Of a stretch of DNA of 64,000 bases, positions 1 through 10,254 are shown one piece after another. Under the pieces are notes generated by a model. That model had not been told where the DNA came from and did not search any database. It saw only the letters and a program-made list of their open reading frames with translations. Source of the DNA: Flectonema sp. DT1601 (Eukaryota); contig OZ025800.1 of assembly GCA_964019425.1 (NCBI GenBank), forward strand, positions 744,001 to 808,000, read 5' to 3'. A program made the translations under genes and the position numbers. Positions within the stretch are counted from its first letter, which is position 1; each line of letters begins with the position of its first letter.

Positions 1-719
1 TTTCTTTGCTCTCGTTATCATCAAAAAACAAAAAAACTCGCAATTCAGGAACAGTACACGTCCATAACTGCGGATAGCCACCGTGTTGAAGTAGTAGTAC
101 TCAAATGGGAAGGCAAATAAAAAAGAAGAAGAAAATGGTATTCGAGACTGGGGTAACTTTGTTATGCGAGCTGCTTGCCTCTTGGCCTAGCACAGCCTCC
201 TAAACATGGGTGAGTTTTCCAGAAAATATCAGGAAGGCAGGCACCACACCTGCCTCCTGGTCACCGTCAGCGGATTACTTCACCAAAGGAAAGACGCAAA
301 AGCGATTGAATCAAAGAAAAAGTGGGAAAAAGGAATGAAGAAGTGCATCTGCCTTAAGAATATTCCCCGATATCGAAGCGTCTTAGACGCATGCAAGCAG
401 AAGCGACCTTAACAATAAGAAAACTAAGCTGGAAAACCTTCTGCATCCTCCAACGGAAGACACTAAAGTTCAACAACAGAGTGGCATGGGCGGGAATGCG
501 TCTACCGCGGTAAAAGGAAAACTTAAAAAAAGAAGGAAAAAAAAAAGAAAGAAAATATATATCACGGTGAAAAGATAAAATAACACTAGCTCCTTTACTT
601 TTTTTTTTTCGCTTTTTCGCAAGCCATCAGAAAAAGGGGGAAAAAAAACAAAACTTTTCTTTTTTTTTTCTCTCTTGCAGGTTGAATCAAGAGGCGGGTG
701 GGGATCGACTTGTTCACCC

Positions 720-914
720 CTAAAAAACATAACGCAGTCGCACAAAGAGATTAAAAATAAATAACACTACAAGTAATTCTGCTAAGAAAAAATAAACAGG
801 TTCGTCCGCGTACGACTTCACAATCAATAACAAAGCTACTAAAGTAGATACCAATAGAAATCCTCGACTGTCATGTCTTCGATCGTACATGTAGACGGAA
901 CACGTGAAGGCCAT
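720..914 (-). CDS. Possible 64-aa micro-protein with two hydrophobic segments
   Basis: ATG-initiated ORF on the gene-bearing strand with hydrophobic stretches FLLVSTLVALLLIV and VYFFLAELLVVLFIFNLFV. A pyrimidine tract lies upstream. It could equally be T-rich UTR read as Phe/Leu. Confidence 0.25.
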   Translation of the reverse strand: MAFTCSVYMYDRRHDSRGFLLVSTLVALLLIVKSYADEPVYFFLAELLVVLFIFNLFVRLRYVF

Positions 915-2811
915 CGTTTTGTTTAATTAGAAATTGGGGAGCGTGGGGGAAAAAAAAAAATCTTTTTTTTTTTTTTTTTTTTGCCTGACGGTAATTGGTC
1001 GCCAAAAAAAAAAAAAAAATAACCCCCCGGCCGAAAGTAAAAATAAATAAATAAATAAAAATAAAGAAAAGACAAATCCCTGCAGCATCAGAGCCAATTA
1101 ACTATTCCTTCCCAGAGTAATTTCACTCAAGGAGGAAGCGTTGTTGAAAAGCTTAACACAGAATCCATTCATATCCGTCTCAGCATACTTCAACACAATG
1201 TCTCACTGCAACAACTATGTTAATTTGAGGTAGAGAATTCAGCACTAAGCCAGTTCGGCTGCATACGATCACACGAGACATGTATGCTACCTAACTTCAC
1301 TTTTTTGGAGACAAAAACAGCAGGAAAACGGTTTTGTCTTCCAACTACTTTTATCGTTCAAAACGCTTTTTTCTCAAAATAAAAAAAAAAAAATAATAAT
1401 AATAAAAAAAGAAAACAAAAAAGACGGCGAAAATATCAATACAAGGATCGAACTTTGCACCAATTTTTTCCGAAGAAAAAAGTAAGAAAATTTACCGACG
1501 GGTTTTTTTTTTTTTTTTTTTTTTTTAAAAGAGGTGGGGGCAGAGGAAGGAAAAAGTAACCGAATGACATAAAACCTAATCAAAGGACACAAATCATGTT
1601 GATCGGCACAAGCTGCAATTCACAGTAATCATAGCATACCAGTATATAAATGACTACTGGTGTACCTGTTGCTCGCACAACAAAGAAAAGACAAAGTATT
1701 ATGTTAGACTTTCTCTTTAATAAATTGAATGCCGGAAACAGAACTCAAATCACATTCCCATAGAACTGATGATGTGATTCCAGACACACTTTGGACTGAG
1801 TACTATCGACGTAATATGTTTTATTGGTTGCGACTTTCGACAGGTACGATTCTCGGGTGTAGTCAAGAATGCCTGCCCTCATAGTTAAGTAGAAAAAGTA
1901 TCTGCATTTTTAAACAGCGCCACGGTACCTTCAAGGCTTCCGAAAGCACTACACCGATCTGTTTGATTTTTTTTTTGGTGTCGTGAGCTCAACTATTGAT
2001 CACGGTAGATTGTTTATAACATTTTGTTATAAAGAAACGTAGATTCAGACAAGCTCGTATCCGATTCTCACGTTGCAGATTTTTTCCTATTCAGTTGGGT
2101 GATCAACTCTACCATAAACGTACTTGGCTTCGGGCAAGCATGCTTACAGGTACTCGCTTACCTGATAATCATGCCTTATTCTTTTTTTTTTTTTTTTTTG
2201 ATTGAAATTGTTTTTCTCATCGCAAGGAAAAATATGCGCCGATGTAAAATAGGGTTCTTTATTATTTTTGTTTTTCTTTAAATTCTTTATTGTTTCCTTT
2301 CAGTCTGGGTCTTCGTTTTCTTTTTTTTTTTTTTTTTTTTTAAATGAGGAAAAAGGGACGAAACAAAAAGGTTACAGACCAGGCCACTTAAAAATTGGGG
2401 ATTGGGAGGGCCGATGCTTGCAGAGACACGGAAATAAATCCTAAACTCTCTTTGCTATCTTATGGACGAAAAATTCCAAGGAGGCAAGACTGGGAATGGG
2501 ACGCCAGTGATAATTGTAATTACAGCAGACGAAGGATGTAAACACAACAGCTGCCCAGAAACAATTGCTTTTTTTTTAATAGATTTTTTCTTTTTTTTTT
2601 AAATTCCTTCCCCCCACCCAAATTTAGTTATCTTTTTTGATTGCACAGCTATCGCCGAACCTACCTACTAAGTCGTCCGATAAGGGTAAGCAAGTCAGTC
2701 GCTACCCGCTGCCTGTTGGTTAGCCAGAGAAGACCAAAGGCCTTTTGCTCGAGTCTGAAGTGTGTTCTCCAGTTTCTTCGCAATCACCCACACGCATTAT
2801 AAAAACATCGC

Positions 2812-3738
2812 TCACGATTCAGTCATAGCAGACGGATCTCCTCTCGGTGACGACACTGAATGAGGTAGCGCTGGTGGAGCTTCCTCGGGTCCTCCCAAAC
2901 TTAGTCTTTGAATATCAAACTCCGTTAAAAACCACGGGTCTCTTACAATCTCATCCAGGGTTATTCTCTTGACTGGTTCTCTTTGAAGCGTTCCTCTAAT
3001 TAGATTTGCCTGTTCTTTTGTAAATGTCGACGGCATTTCATAAGAACCAGCAAGGATCTTAGCCAACAGCTCGCTCACTGTTGAGTCATGAAAAGGAAGG
3101 AATCCAGCAAGCATGACATATAGAATAACTCCACATGACCACACGTCTGCAGTAAACCCATTGTAACCTTCTTCGTCCAGAATCTCTGGTGCAACATAGT
3201 TAGGAGTACCACACACAGTTTGTAATTGCATGCTGTTTGGAACTTGTCCCGAAACAGTTGTTTTTTGAACATTCGACAGGCCAAAGTCTGATATCTTGAG
3301 TCCAGTTTCGCTAATTAAAATGTTTTCCGGTTTCAAATCTCTGTGGGCTACTCCCTTGTGGTGTACATACCTAACTCCACAGATCAGATCGTGGAAGTAT
3401 TTTCTTGCTTGTGTTTCTCCGATGCCTCCTTTCTTAACAATCTTATTAAACAATTCACCACCCTGAACAAGTTCCATTACTAAGTAAACATTGTTAGCAG
3501 TCTGAAGAGCGTCGATTGACTTTACTACATTAGGATGTTCCAGGCTCTGCATAATTGCAATTTCTCTGAAGAGTTGCGTTGTGGACCTGCTGTCCTTTAC
3601 GAGAAGATCTTTCTTTATTATTTTTACAGCTACCGGTGCTCCAGTTTCTTGATTTACTCCCCTACGCACCTCTGCGTAAGTTCCCTTTCCTAGTAGTCCA
3701 TCTGGGAGGATTTTAAAATTTCCTATTGTTTTACCCAT
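2812..3738 (-). CDS. Ser/Thr protein kinase, CAMK group (CIPK/SNF1-like), 308 aa, single exon
   Basis: All catalytic motifs are intact: LGKGTYAEV, VAVK, HRDLKPEN, DFG, CGTPNYVAPE, DVWSCGVILYVMLAGFLPF. No C-terminal NAF/KA1 regulatory domain is visible. Confidence 0.95.
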   Translation of the reverse strand: MGKTIGNFKILPDGLLGKGTYAEVRRGVNQETGAPVAVKIIKKDLLVKDSRSTTQLFREIAIMQSLEHPNVVKSIDALQTANNVYLVMELVQGGELFNKIVKKGGIGETQARKYFHDLICGVRYVHHKGVAHRDLKPENILISETGLKISDFGLSNVQKTTVSGQVPNSMQLQTVCGTPNYVAPEILDEEGYNGFTADVWSCGVILYVMLAGFLPFHDSTVSELLAKILAGSYEMPSTFTKEQANLIRGTLQREPVKRITLDEIVRDPWFLTEFDIQRLSLGGPEEAPPALPHSVSSPRGDPSAMTES

Positions 3739-4258
3739 TTTCTAGACCAACACCTGTGTAGAAATATTTCGTTAAGGTTCGTTATACTAACTTGATAAAG
3801 TGTTTTGGTCCCAGGCTGCAACGCTCATGTATAAATAATGATGTATTAATCACAAATGAAGATCAGAGTATGAGAAACAGTAACACATAAAAGTCACACT
3901 AATGAAACGAAACTAATGTTTGTAAAATTGCAGCCGCTACTCGGCAACACTAAGTTAGAGAAAAAAAGGAAACGGGGCCAACATGATTACTAACTTGCTG
4001 TTGGATTGTAGAGAAGCTTTCCCGCAATGACGTCCGGCTATTCTCTTTCTTCGTCTTCGCAAAAAAAAAAAGTTCGGAACTTTTTTTTTTTCACTATTTG
4101 CGTTTCTCCAACATCTGTCTTCCCGAGTCACAAATGTTCCACAAAAATAACACCCCCCCGAAGACATCCGCGTGAGACAAGTACAAAAACAACTCAAACT
4201 AGTATTGTTATTTTATACTACGTCACGGCGGTGAGGTTTTTAGACGAGCCTCCCTCGC

Positions 4259-6088
4259 TTAGTTATTTCTCTCAAACTCTTGCAGAATCTTTGCGAAGTC
4301 CGCTGCGAGCTTCTTTCTCACAGCGCTGACACGTGCCGCACTCTTCTCTGGGAGAGGCAGTGCGGGGTTGTTGCATGAAGGCCATCTGTTTGTTATTAAT
4401 ACCAAAAGGACTACAACTACTCTGTGAGAGGAACCTAAACATACCTATCACTTAATCCTGTCTGTGTCATGATTGATATTCTACTTTGCTCATAATTGAG
4501 TAGAGGTGATGGGATTTCCTTAACTTCGACTGCTGGCCCTCCGAGGTTTCCGCCAGATTTCTGTAGTTGAAATAGTTTCTTCTATTTTCTTAAACTAACT
4601 TAATAATACTAAATAGCTAAAGACACATACCAGATGTTGAACTACCTCACCCAATTCCTTTGCAATTCCTTTCATGAACAACGCAGCTGTTTCATACTCA
4701 AGAGGTGGTCTTGTCCTACTCGTCAACATCGCACCAGACTGTTTGACTATGGTATCAACGTATGGCATGCTTGAAAGTGGTCTCCAAGCTGTGAGACCTT
4801 CCTTAAGAACAACATCAGAGTCAGAAATCTGTTTTTTTTTTTTTTTTTTTTTTTTTAGTATGAGATGTTTATGAATAACAATCACAACAACACCAATGCA
4901 ATAAGAGATAATAGAAATACACACCTGAGCAACAATATAAAGGGTCTGTGTCTGAGTTACTATCGATCTGTCTATTTCAATAGAAACCTTCTTAGCACGA
5001 GGCATGGCAGGTTCCATCCAGAATCCAGTCTCCGACTGCACAGAACGGATAGCAGCCTCTTCTGGGGTCTCTCCCTTGTTGAGTTTAGTCTTCGGAAAGG
5101 TCCATCCATTCGGGCAAAGAGTATTGCGAACCATTAGTAGATGTGTCATTTTATCATTCACTAACACTCCTCCAGCAACCGGTTGAGACATTTTGAACTC
5201 ACACAGTTTTCGGTGAAATAAGATTGCGACCTTCTTTTTGTTAACTTCATCCTTTTCATTATCAAGTCCTCCCATTGGAGGGGAGTCATCTGGCCATAAG
5301 TTGCACAGAGTTGGTTCTCTTTTTAATACTTCAACGGTAAAATCTTTAAGAAGTCCGCGTTCAAATTTTGGTAGTTGAGAGTTAGATGACAGCTCATCGA
5401 GGTATTGCCAAAAAGCTTTCTCAATTTGAATCATGGCACCCTCAATAGTGTCACGTGTGTCTGGAGGAGCCTTTCTAATATGAATATCAATAAGTTTTTG
5501 TAAGACTTGATCCAACAAATTTAGTTGTTGCTGCTGTTGCTGTTGCTGCTGTTTCTGCTGCTGTTCAGCATGTCTTCTTTCTGGAGTACCTCCTCCTCCC
5601 ATCGGGGTACCTGTTGAATGTACTTTACCACAGCCCTGACATTGTATGTTCTTTTGATATTTCTGAACTCTCATATTATTACCACAATGTGAGCATGGTA
5701 CAACCCTCCATTGTGAATTCGATGTTGGAGTGCTTGTTGGTGAGTTTCCACGGCGATCAGTTGACTGACGGCGTTGGTTACCTGGAGTGTTTCTACCACC
5801 TGATGTTTATTATTTATAATTAACATCAGAATTAAAAAGTCTACATCAAAATAAACACATACCTGGTTGGTGAGGAAACGACGTCACTGGACCAGAATGA
5901 TCAACTTCTTGTGGTGATCTTGATGATGGACTTGGTCTCATCTTCCCTGGTGTTGTTGTAATCTTTCCTTGAGTTGCAAATTGAGAAAGGAAATCTTGAA
6001 CATGCTGTTGAGTACCTTCTCTTCTCACACCCCCTTGCACAGGGCTATCACGTCTGCGACTATTCGCAAAAAGTTGGTCCATCGACAT
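4259..6088 (-). CDS. DCP2: Dcp2-like mRNA decapping protein (Box A + degenerate Nudix box, N-terminal zinc ribbon), 513 aa, 5 exons
   Basis: Exons 6088-5863, 5799-4925, 4828-4631, 4560-4445, 4385-4259 join in phase (1542 nt) via GT-AG introns. Box A-like QIEKAFWQYLD. Nudix region PVAGGVLVN...GWTFPKTKLNKGETPEEAAIRSVQSETGF. Confidence 0.85.
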
Positions 6089-7608
6089 TTTTGTAATTGT
6101 GACTATTTATTAATAATAAAAAAAAGGAAAGTAAGTAACATCATTTTTTACTGCAAATAATTTTTACTAACAATGTGTCATCAATCCGTGTCGATTTCAT
6201 TCATTTTACTGACGGAACGAAAAAAAAGAAGAGGAATGAAATTACTATTCCCACTTTGTACAATAAACGGTACACATCTGGTGAATGTCTTCTCTTTCTG
6301 GTAGACATTTATTTATTAGGAGCAAGTGGGTTCAGGGATGGGATAAGATGCAGTGTCTCCACCGCATAGTATTATTGTAAGGCGTTGAGAAGTAAAAGCA
6401 TTGCACAAGTGGATCCGCTTTGTGGAGAATGATTTACTTTTATACTCAATCGCTCATACCGTTATTAAAAGATTTTACTATTCTATTTGTAGTTCCGCAT
6501 GCAGAAGACGAGAAGACGCAAAGCCAAGGGGAGAGCCCCTTAAAAAGTCTCGCCTCCCAAGAAGATCCAATTCGAAAAGCAATTACACTTGAAAGAGTAT
6601 ATATAATGTAATTGTGCCTCTATTTTTTTTTCTCATACATATTCATCTTTGTTGTTTTTTTTTTTTTTTCCCCCTGCTCCTTTTTTTTTTTAAACTCTTA
6701 TAATTTCAAAAAACAAAAAACAAAAAGGGTACACGAGTAAGTTACCACTTGCTCGTATAACTTGCTCGTTTTCTAATACTACTGTTTCCTTGTGAATTCT
6801 GTTAGCAAGGTTTTGCGTTTGTATTTCAAAAGAAGCATGTTCCCGAGATTATTAAAAAAAAAATAATAATAATAAAATTAATCATACCTGTATTCCATTA
6901 GTTTAGTGAGTTGGTAACTTTAAAGAGGTCAAGACATAAAAGGTTTTTCCCCTTTATATTAAAAATTGGAATTTCCCTATGTAAGGGAGAGGTATGATAT
7001 TACAAAAGAAAAAATCCACTTGCGGAAAACCAAACAATCTCTGACAGGCAATTGTTGCTTCTGAGGCCAGACAAATTAAAAAAAAACGACTAAGTTAGTT
7101 ACAACTATAAAAAAAAAAATTTTAAAAAATAGATGAAGGAAGAACAAACAAAACACAACTCTGCCCGTACAAAAATCATTTTTTGTTTTTTTTTTTTTTT
7201 TTCCAACAAGTTCAAAAAGAGTTAAAAAGGTGCTAACTTTAACTGGAAGCTACTTTGCTCAACCACAACCCCCCCTTTTTTAATAAATATTAATCTGCCC
7301 GTACGAGTACGCAAAGTAATGCAAATAATTACGAACAAAAACAAAAAAACCTAACCTTGTCTTTTCAATGCGAACAAAGCGAGCATCATAAAGTTGAAGC
7401 ATAGGCTTTGAGAATAACTGATTGTCTGTACATTCCATGGTCAGTAGAATACCTTGAAGGGCTGCTTGCCTTACGCAAGCAGTGTGTTAGAAAAGAAAAA
7501 GAAATCAAATAAATGCCGCTCGTGAGACAAACAAAGTCACTGCAGTTCCAAGTCTCTGTAACTGCGCACATCAAGCATGGCCAGAAGTCAAATAGAAGGC
7601 CAGTACAT

Positions 7609-9906
7609 TTAGAGCATGTCAAGAAGCTCTTCCTTCTTTTTTTTGATTGTAGTTGCACCCAACTGCTGAGAAGAACTCAACTGCTGAGAAGATGATGCTG
7701 GTGCTGGTGCCGGAGCTGGTGCTGCTGGAGGAGCTCTCCTTTGAACCTGAGCCTGAGAAGTCTTAAAGCGAGGTCCTCCCGTGCTTGGTCTTGCCGCAGC
7801 GGAAGGTTTCTCTTTCTTAGACTTCACTGCCGGAGACGAACGCGGACGACTTAATTTAGCAACAATTTTCGAGTGTGACTTGCCGTACAATTCACAGAAC
7901 TGCTGTAGCGCTGCTAACCATTTTGGTGCCTCACCAACTGCTGCAGACTTGGCAGGTTCTCCAAAGTAACAAAGCATCTTTACTAATAATTTCTTTACTT
8001 CATCATAACGCTTCGATAAACTTTCCATACGTGGAGACCATATTGACATCTGTCCTGTCATAACTTGTTTCAGTCTTGCGTCACTACTGTCAGAAGTAGC
8101 AGCCTTCTTCATGAGGTTGTAACCAGCGCACAGTGAACGATACTCACCCTCCATGATGTGAATGTCTACTATTGAGGCAGCTTTAATTGGAGACAAGTCT
8201 TCCAAGAATTCTATCAGTTCAGGGTTAGATTTATGAACATATGAAACAGTCCAGTCGAGGAATGTTCCAGACGGGCTGCGGACATTTTGCATTTTCAACA
8301 AGTCAGCCACTCGGATACCTTTCGCTTGTCTCTCATTCAAATGGTTTAATAACGTGAGAACAACGCTAAGAAGTTTCTTAAAGTTGTCGGATGTTGTGGC
8401 GGCGGCGCACCCCCTTTCGTAAGCTGTTATTTTATCATTTACAATGTTGTAGTTTTCACCAAAAGTGATCTGTGCATTCCAAATCTTTAACCGACTTTCA
8501 AAACCTGGACACTTACTAACTGCGAAGAAGAACTGCACTACCTTTGAGCTGTCAAATAATTCCTCAGGTGTTAGCGAGGATACTGCCTTCAGTTCTTCTG
8601 CTGTTGGGCAGTTCTGAAGCAGCCCTTCGATGGTACGCTCGTCAATACGTTCAGCGTTTGAATCCAACTCAACAACAGACTTCACCAGATACTCAGGTGA
8701 TGCTTTCACGTACGACAAGAACAACGCAACCAAGTGCTCTCTCTTCCCGTCAATAGGACTCTTCTTAACTGGTTTCTTGTCGCTTACTGCAACGGTGGTA
8801 GACTTCTTCTTGTCAGGTTTCTTAAAGTCTGCCAACAGCAGGGCAGCATCATCCTCTCCGAAGGTGTGATCAGCCTCAGCGAAGACTGTTCCGTCCTGAT
8901 TTTCAACTTCGCTTATGGCCATCAGCTGTCTTTTTGGTTTCATTCCACCAGGACCCGGTGGTGGTGGAGGACCAGGTGGTGGAGGAGGTGCCTTACCACC
9001 AGGCGGAGGTGGTGGAGCACCTGGAGCACCTGGTGGCTTTGGTGGTGCAGGAGCCCCAGGGACGCCAGGTGGTGGTGGTGGCTTAGGCGCACCAGGTGCT
9101 GGTGGTGGCGGCGGTGCACCAGGTGCTGGTGGAGGAGGAGGTGATCCATGTTGTTGAGTAGTATCAGAGTCTGATTTACGAGCAGCGATCATTGCAGCCA
9201 CTCCAGCAACACCAGTTCCACCCCCATCTACTCCTGAAGGTCGAACATTACCAAAGTCATCCCATGCTCTCTTTGATCTATCTTTTGGTACGATTGTAAA
9301 GAATGCTTCATCGTGATGTGGAATCTCGAATGGAGCATCCTCATGAGTGATAGTTGGGACTGCAGATCTAAATGCTGCGAGGGTTGCCTGGGGACTCATT
9401 ACTTTCTTTTTAGCGGCACTCCACTTTGAACCCTTAGGTGTCTTAGTGTTTTCTTCTTCTGGTTCAGAGTCTATTTCAGATTCATCTGCAGATTCATAAT
9501 CAGTACCGCATGTGGTTTGGAGTAGGAACATAATTGCTTCTTTTCGTCTACCGTCTGTGAAGGCGAGAGCATCTTCTACGTCTGTAATAGGTAAATGGCT
9601 GAAAAGATCTCTTCTAATTTCCTCGGCTTCACCAACCATCTTCATTCTCTCTTTTGCTGCCTCTTCCTTTGAGAGTCTAATCGCTAAGTCGATATCACTT
9701 GGACGGCGATCTGTACTGCTTGGCTTTCTTGTACTGCTGTACATGGCTTTAGCTTCAGACACTTTCCAACCAGCTCTTTCCAAATACTTGGCCGCGTCCT
9801 GACAAGAAATTTCACTATATTTGTCTCTGAATAGTTTGATGGCTTCATTTTGATCTTTTTGCATCTCATTCAGCTTCTCACGTGTGCTGATGACATCTCC
9901 ATCCAT
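7609..9906 (-). CDS. Formin (FH1-FH2) with N-terminal UBA-like/UIM/CUE-like modules, 765 aa
   Basis: Poly-proline FH1, then FH2 hallmarks: IDGKREHLVALFL, CPTAEE, FESRLKIW, FKKLLSVVLTLLNHLN...AKGIRVADLLKM, YFGE. Confidence 0.93.
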   Translation of the reverse strand: MDGDVISTREKLNEMQKDQNEAIKLFRDKYSEISCQDAAKYLERAGWKVSEAKAMYSSTRKPSSTDRRPSDIDLAIRLSKEEAAKERMKMVGEAEEIRRDLFSHLPITDVEDALAFTDGRRKEAIMFLLQTTCGTDYESADESEIDSEPEEENTKTPKGSKWSAAKKKVMSPQATLAAFRSAVPTITHEDAPFEIPHHDEAFFTIVPKDRSKRAWDDFGNVRPSGVDGGGTGVAGVAAMIAARKSDSDTTQQHGSPPPPPAPGAPPPPPAPGAPKPPPPPGVPGAPAPPKPPGAPGAPPPPPGGKAPPPPPGPPPPPGPGGMKPKRQLMAISEVENQDGTVFAEADHTFGEDDAALLLADFKKPDKKKSTTVAVSDKKPVKKSPIDGKREHLVALFLSYVKASPEYLVKSVVELDSNAERIDERTIEGLLQNCPTAEELKAVSSLTPEELFDSSKVVQFFFAVSKCPGFESRLKIWNAQITFGENYNIVNDKITAYERGCAAATTSDNFKKLLSVVLTLLNHLNERQAKGIRVADLLKMQNVRSPSGTFLDWTVSYVHKSNPELIEFLEDLSPIKAASIVDIHIMEGEYRSLCAGYNLMKKAATSDSSDARLKQVMTGQMSIWSPRMESLSKRYDEVKKLLVKMLCYFGEPAKSAAVGEAPKWLAALQQFCELYGKSHSKIVAKLSRPRSSPAVKSKKEKPSAAARPSTGGPRFKTSQAQVQRRAPPAAPAPAPAPASSSQQLSSSQQLGATTIKKKKEELLDML

Positions 9907-10254
9907 AGAATTGTACTGTTTTGCGTTTGATAGGTTGATTATTATTCATACTAATAATAATCGAATAAAATAGTACAAATAAACATACCACATGTTCGAC
10001 AATGAGCGGGTCAATGAGCCAGAACTGCGCCTGAAAGTTCTTTATTTTTGTCGCTGTTTTCGTAGCCGACATCTTGTTGTGCCTCCTGCGATGAATAATA
10101 ATTATTACATAAGAAGGTAAAGCAAATTATGAGAGCGATAATTTTATAAAGCTGATAAAACACGATACTACAATCAAAGACCTCGTCGGTACGATGTAAT
10201 TGACTCTTCTAAAAATGATATTTAGGAAAGGCATTCATTCAGTCTATAAATATA

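Noticed and set aside
4829..4924. Hydrophobic stretch plus poly-Lys (VCISIISYCIGVVVIVIH...KKKKKKKKK) inside the Dcp2 ORF, resembling a TM helix and NLS
   Set aside because: It is a 96-nt stop-free GTGTGT...cAG intron read through in frame.
8734..9157. Plus-strand Gly-rich and Trp/Arg-rich ORFs
   Set aside because: Antisense shadows of the formin poly-proline FH1 region.
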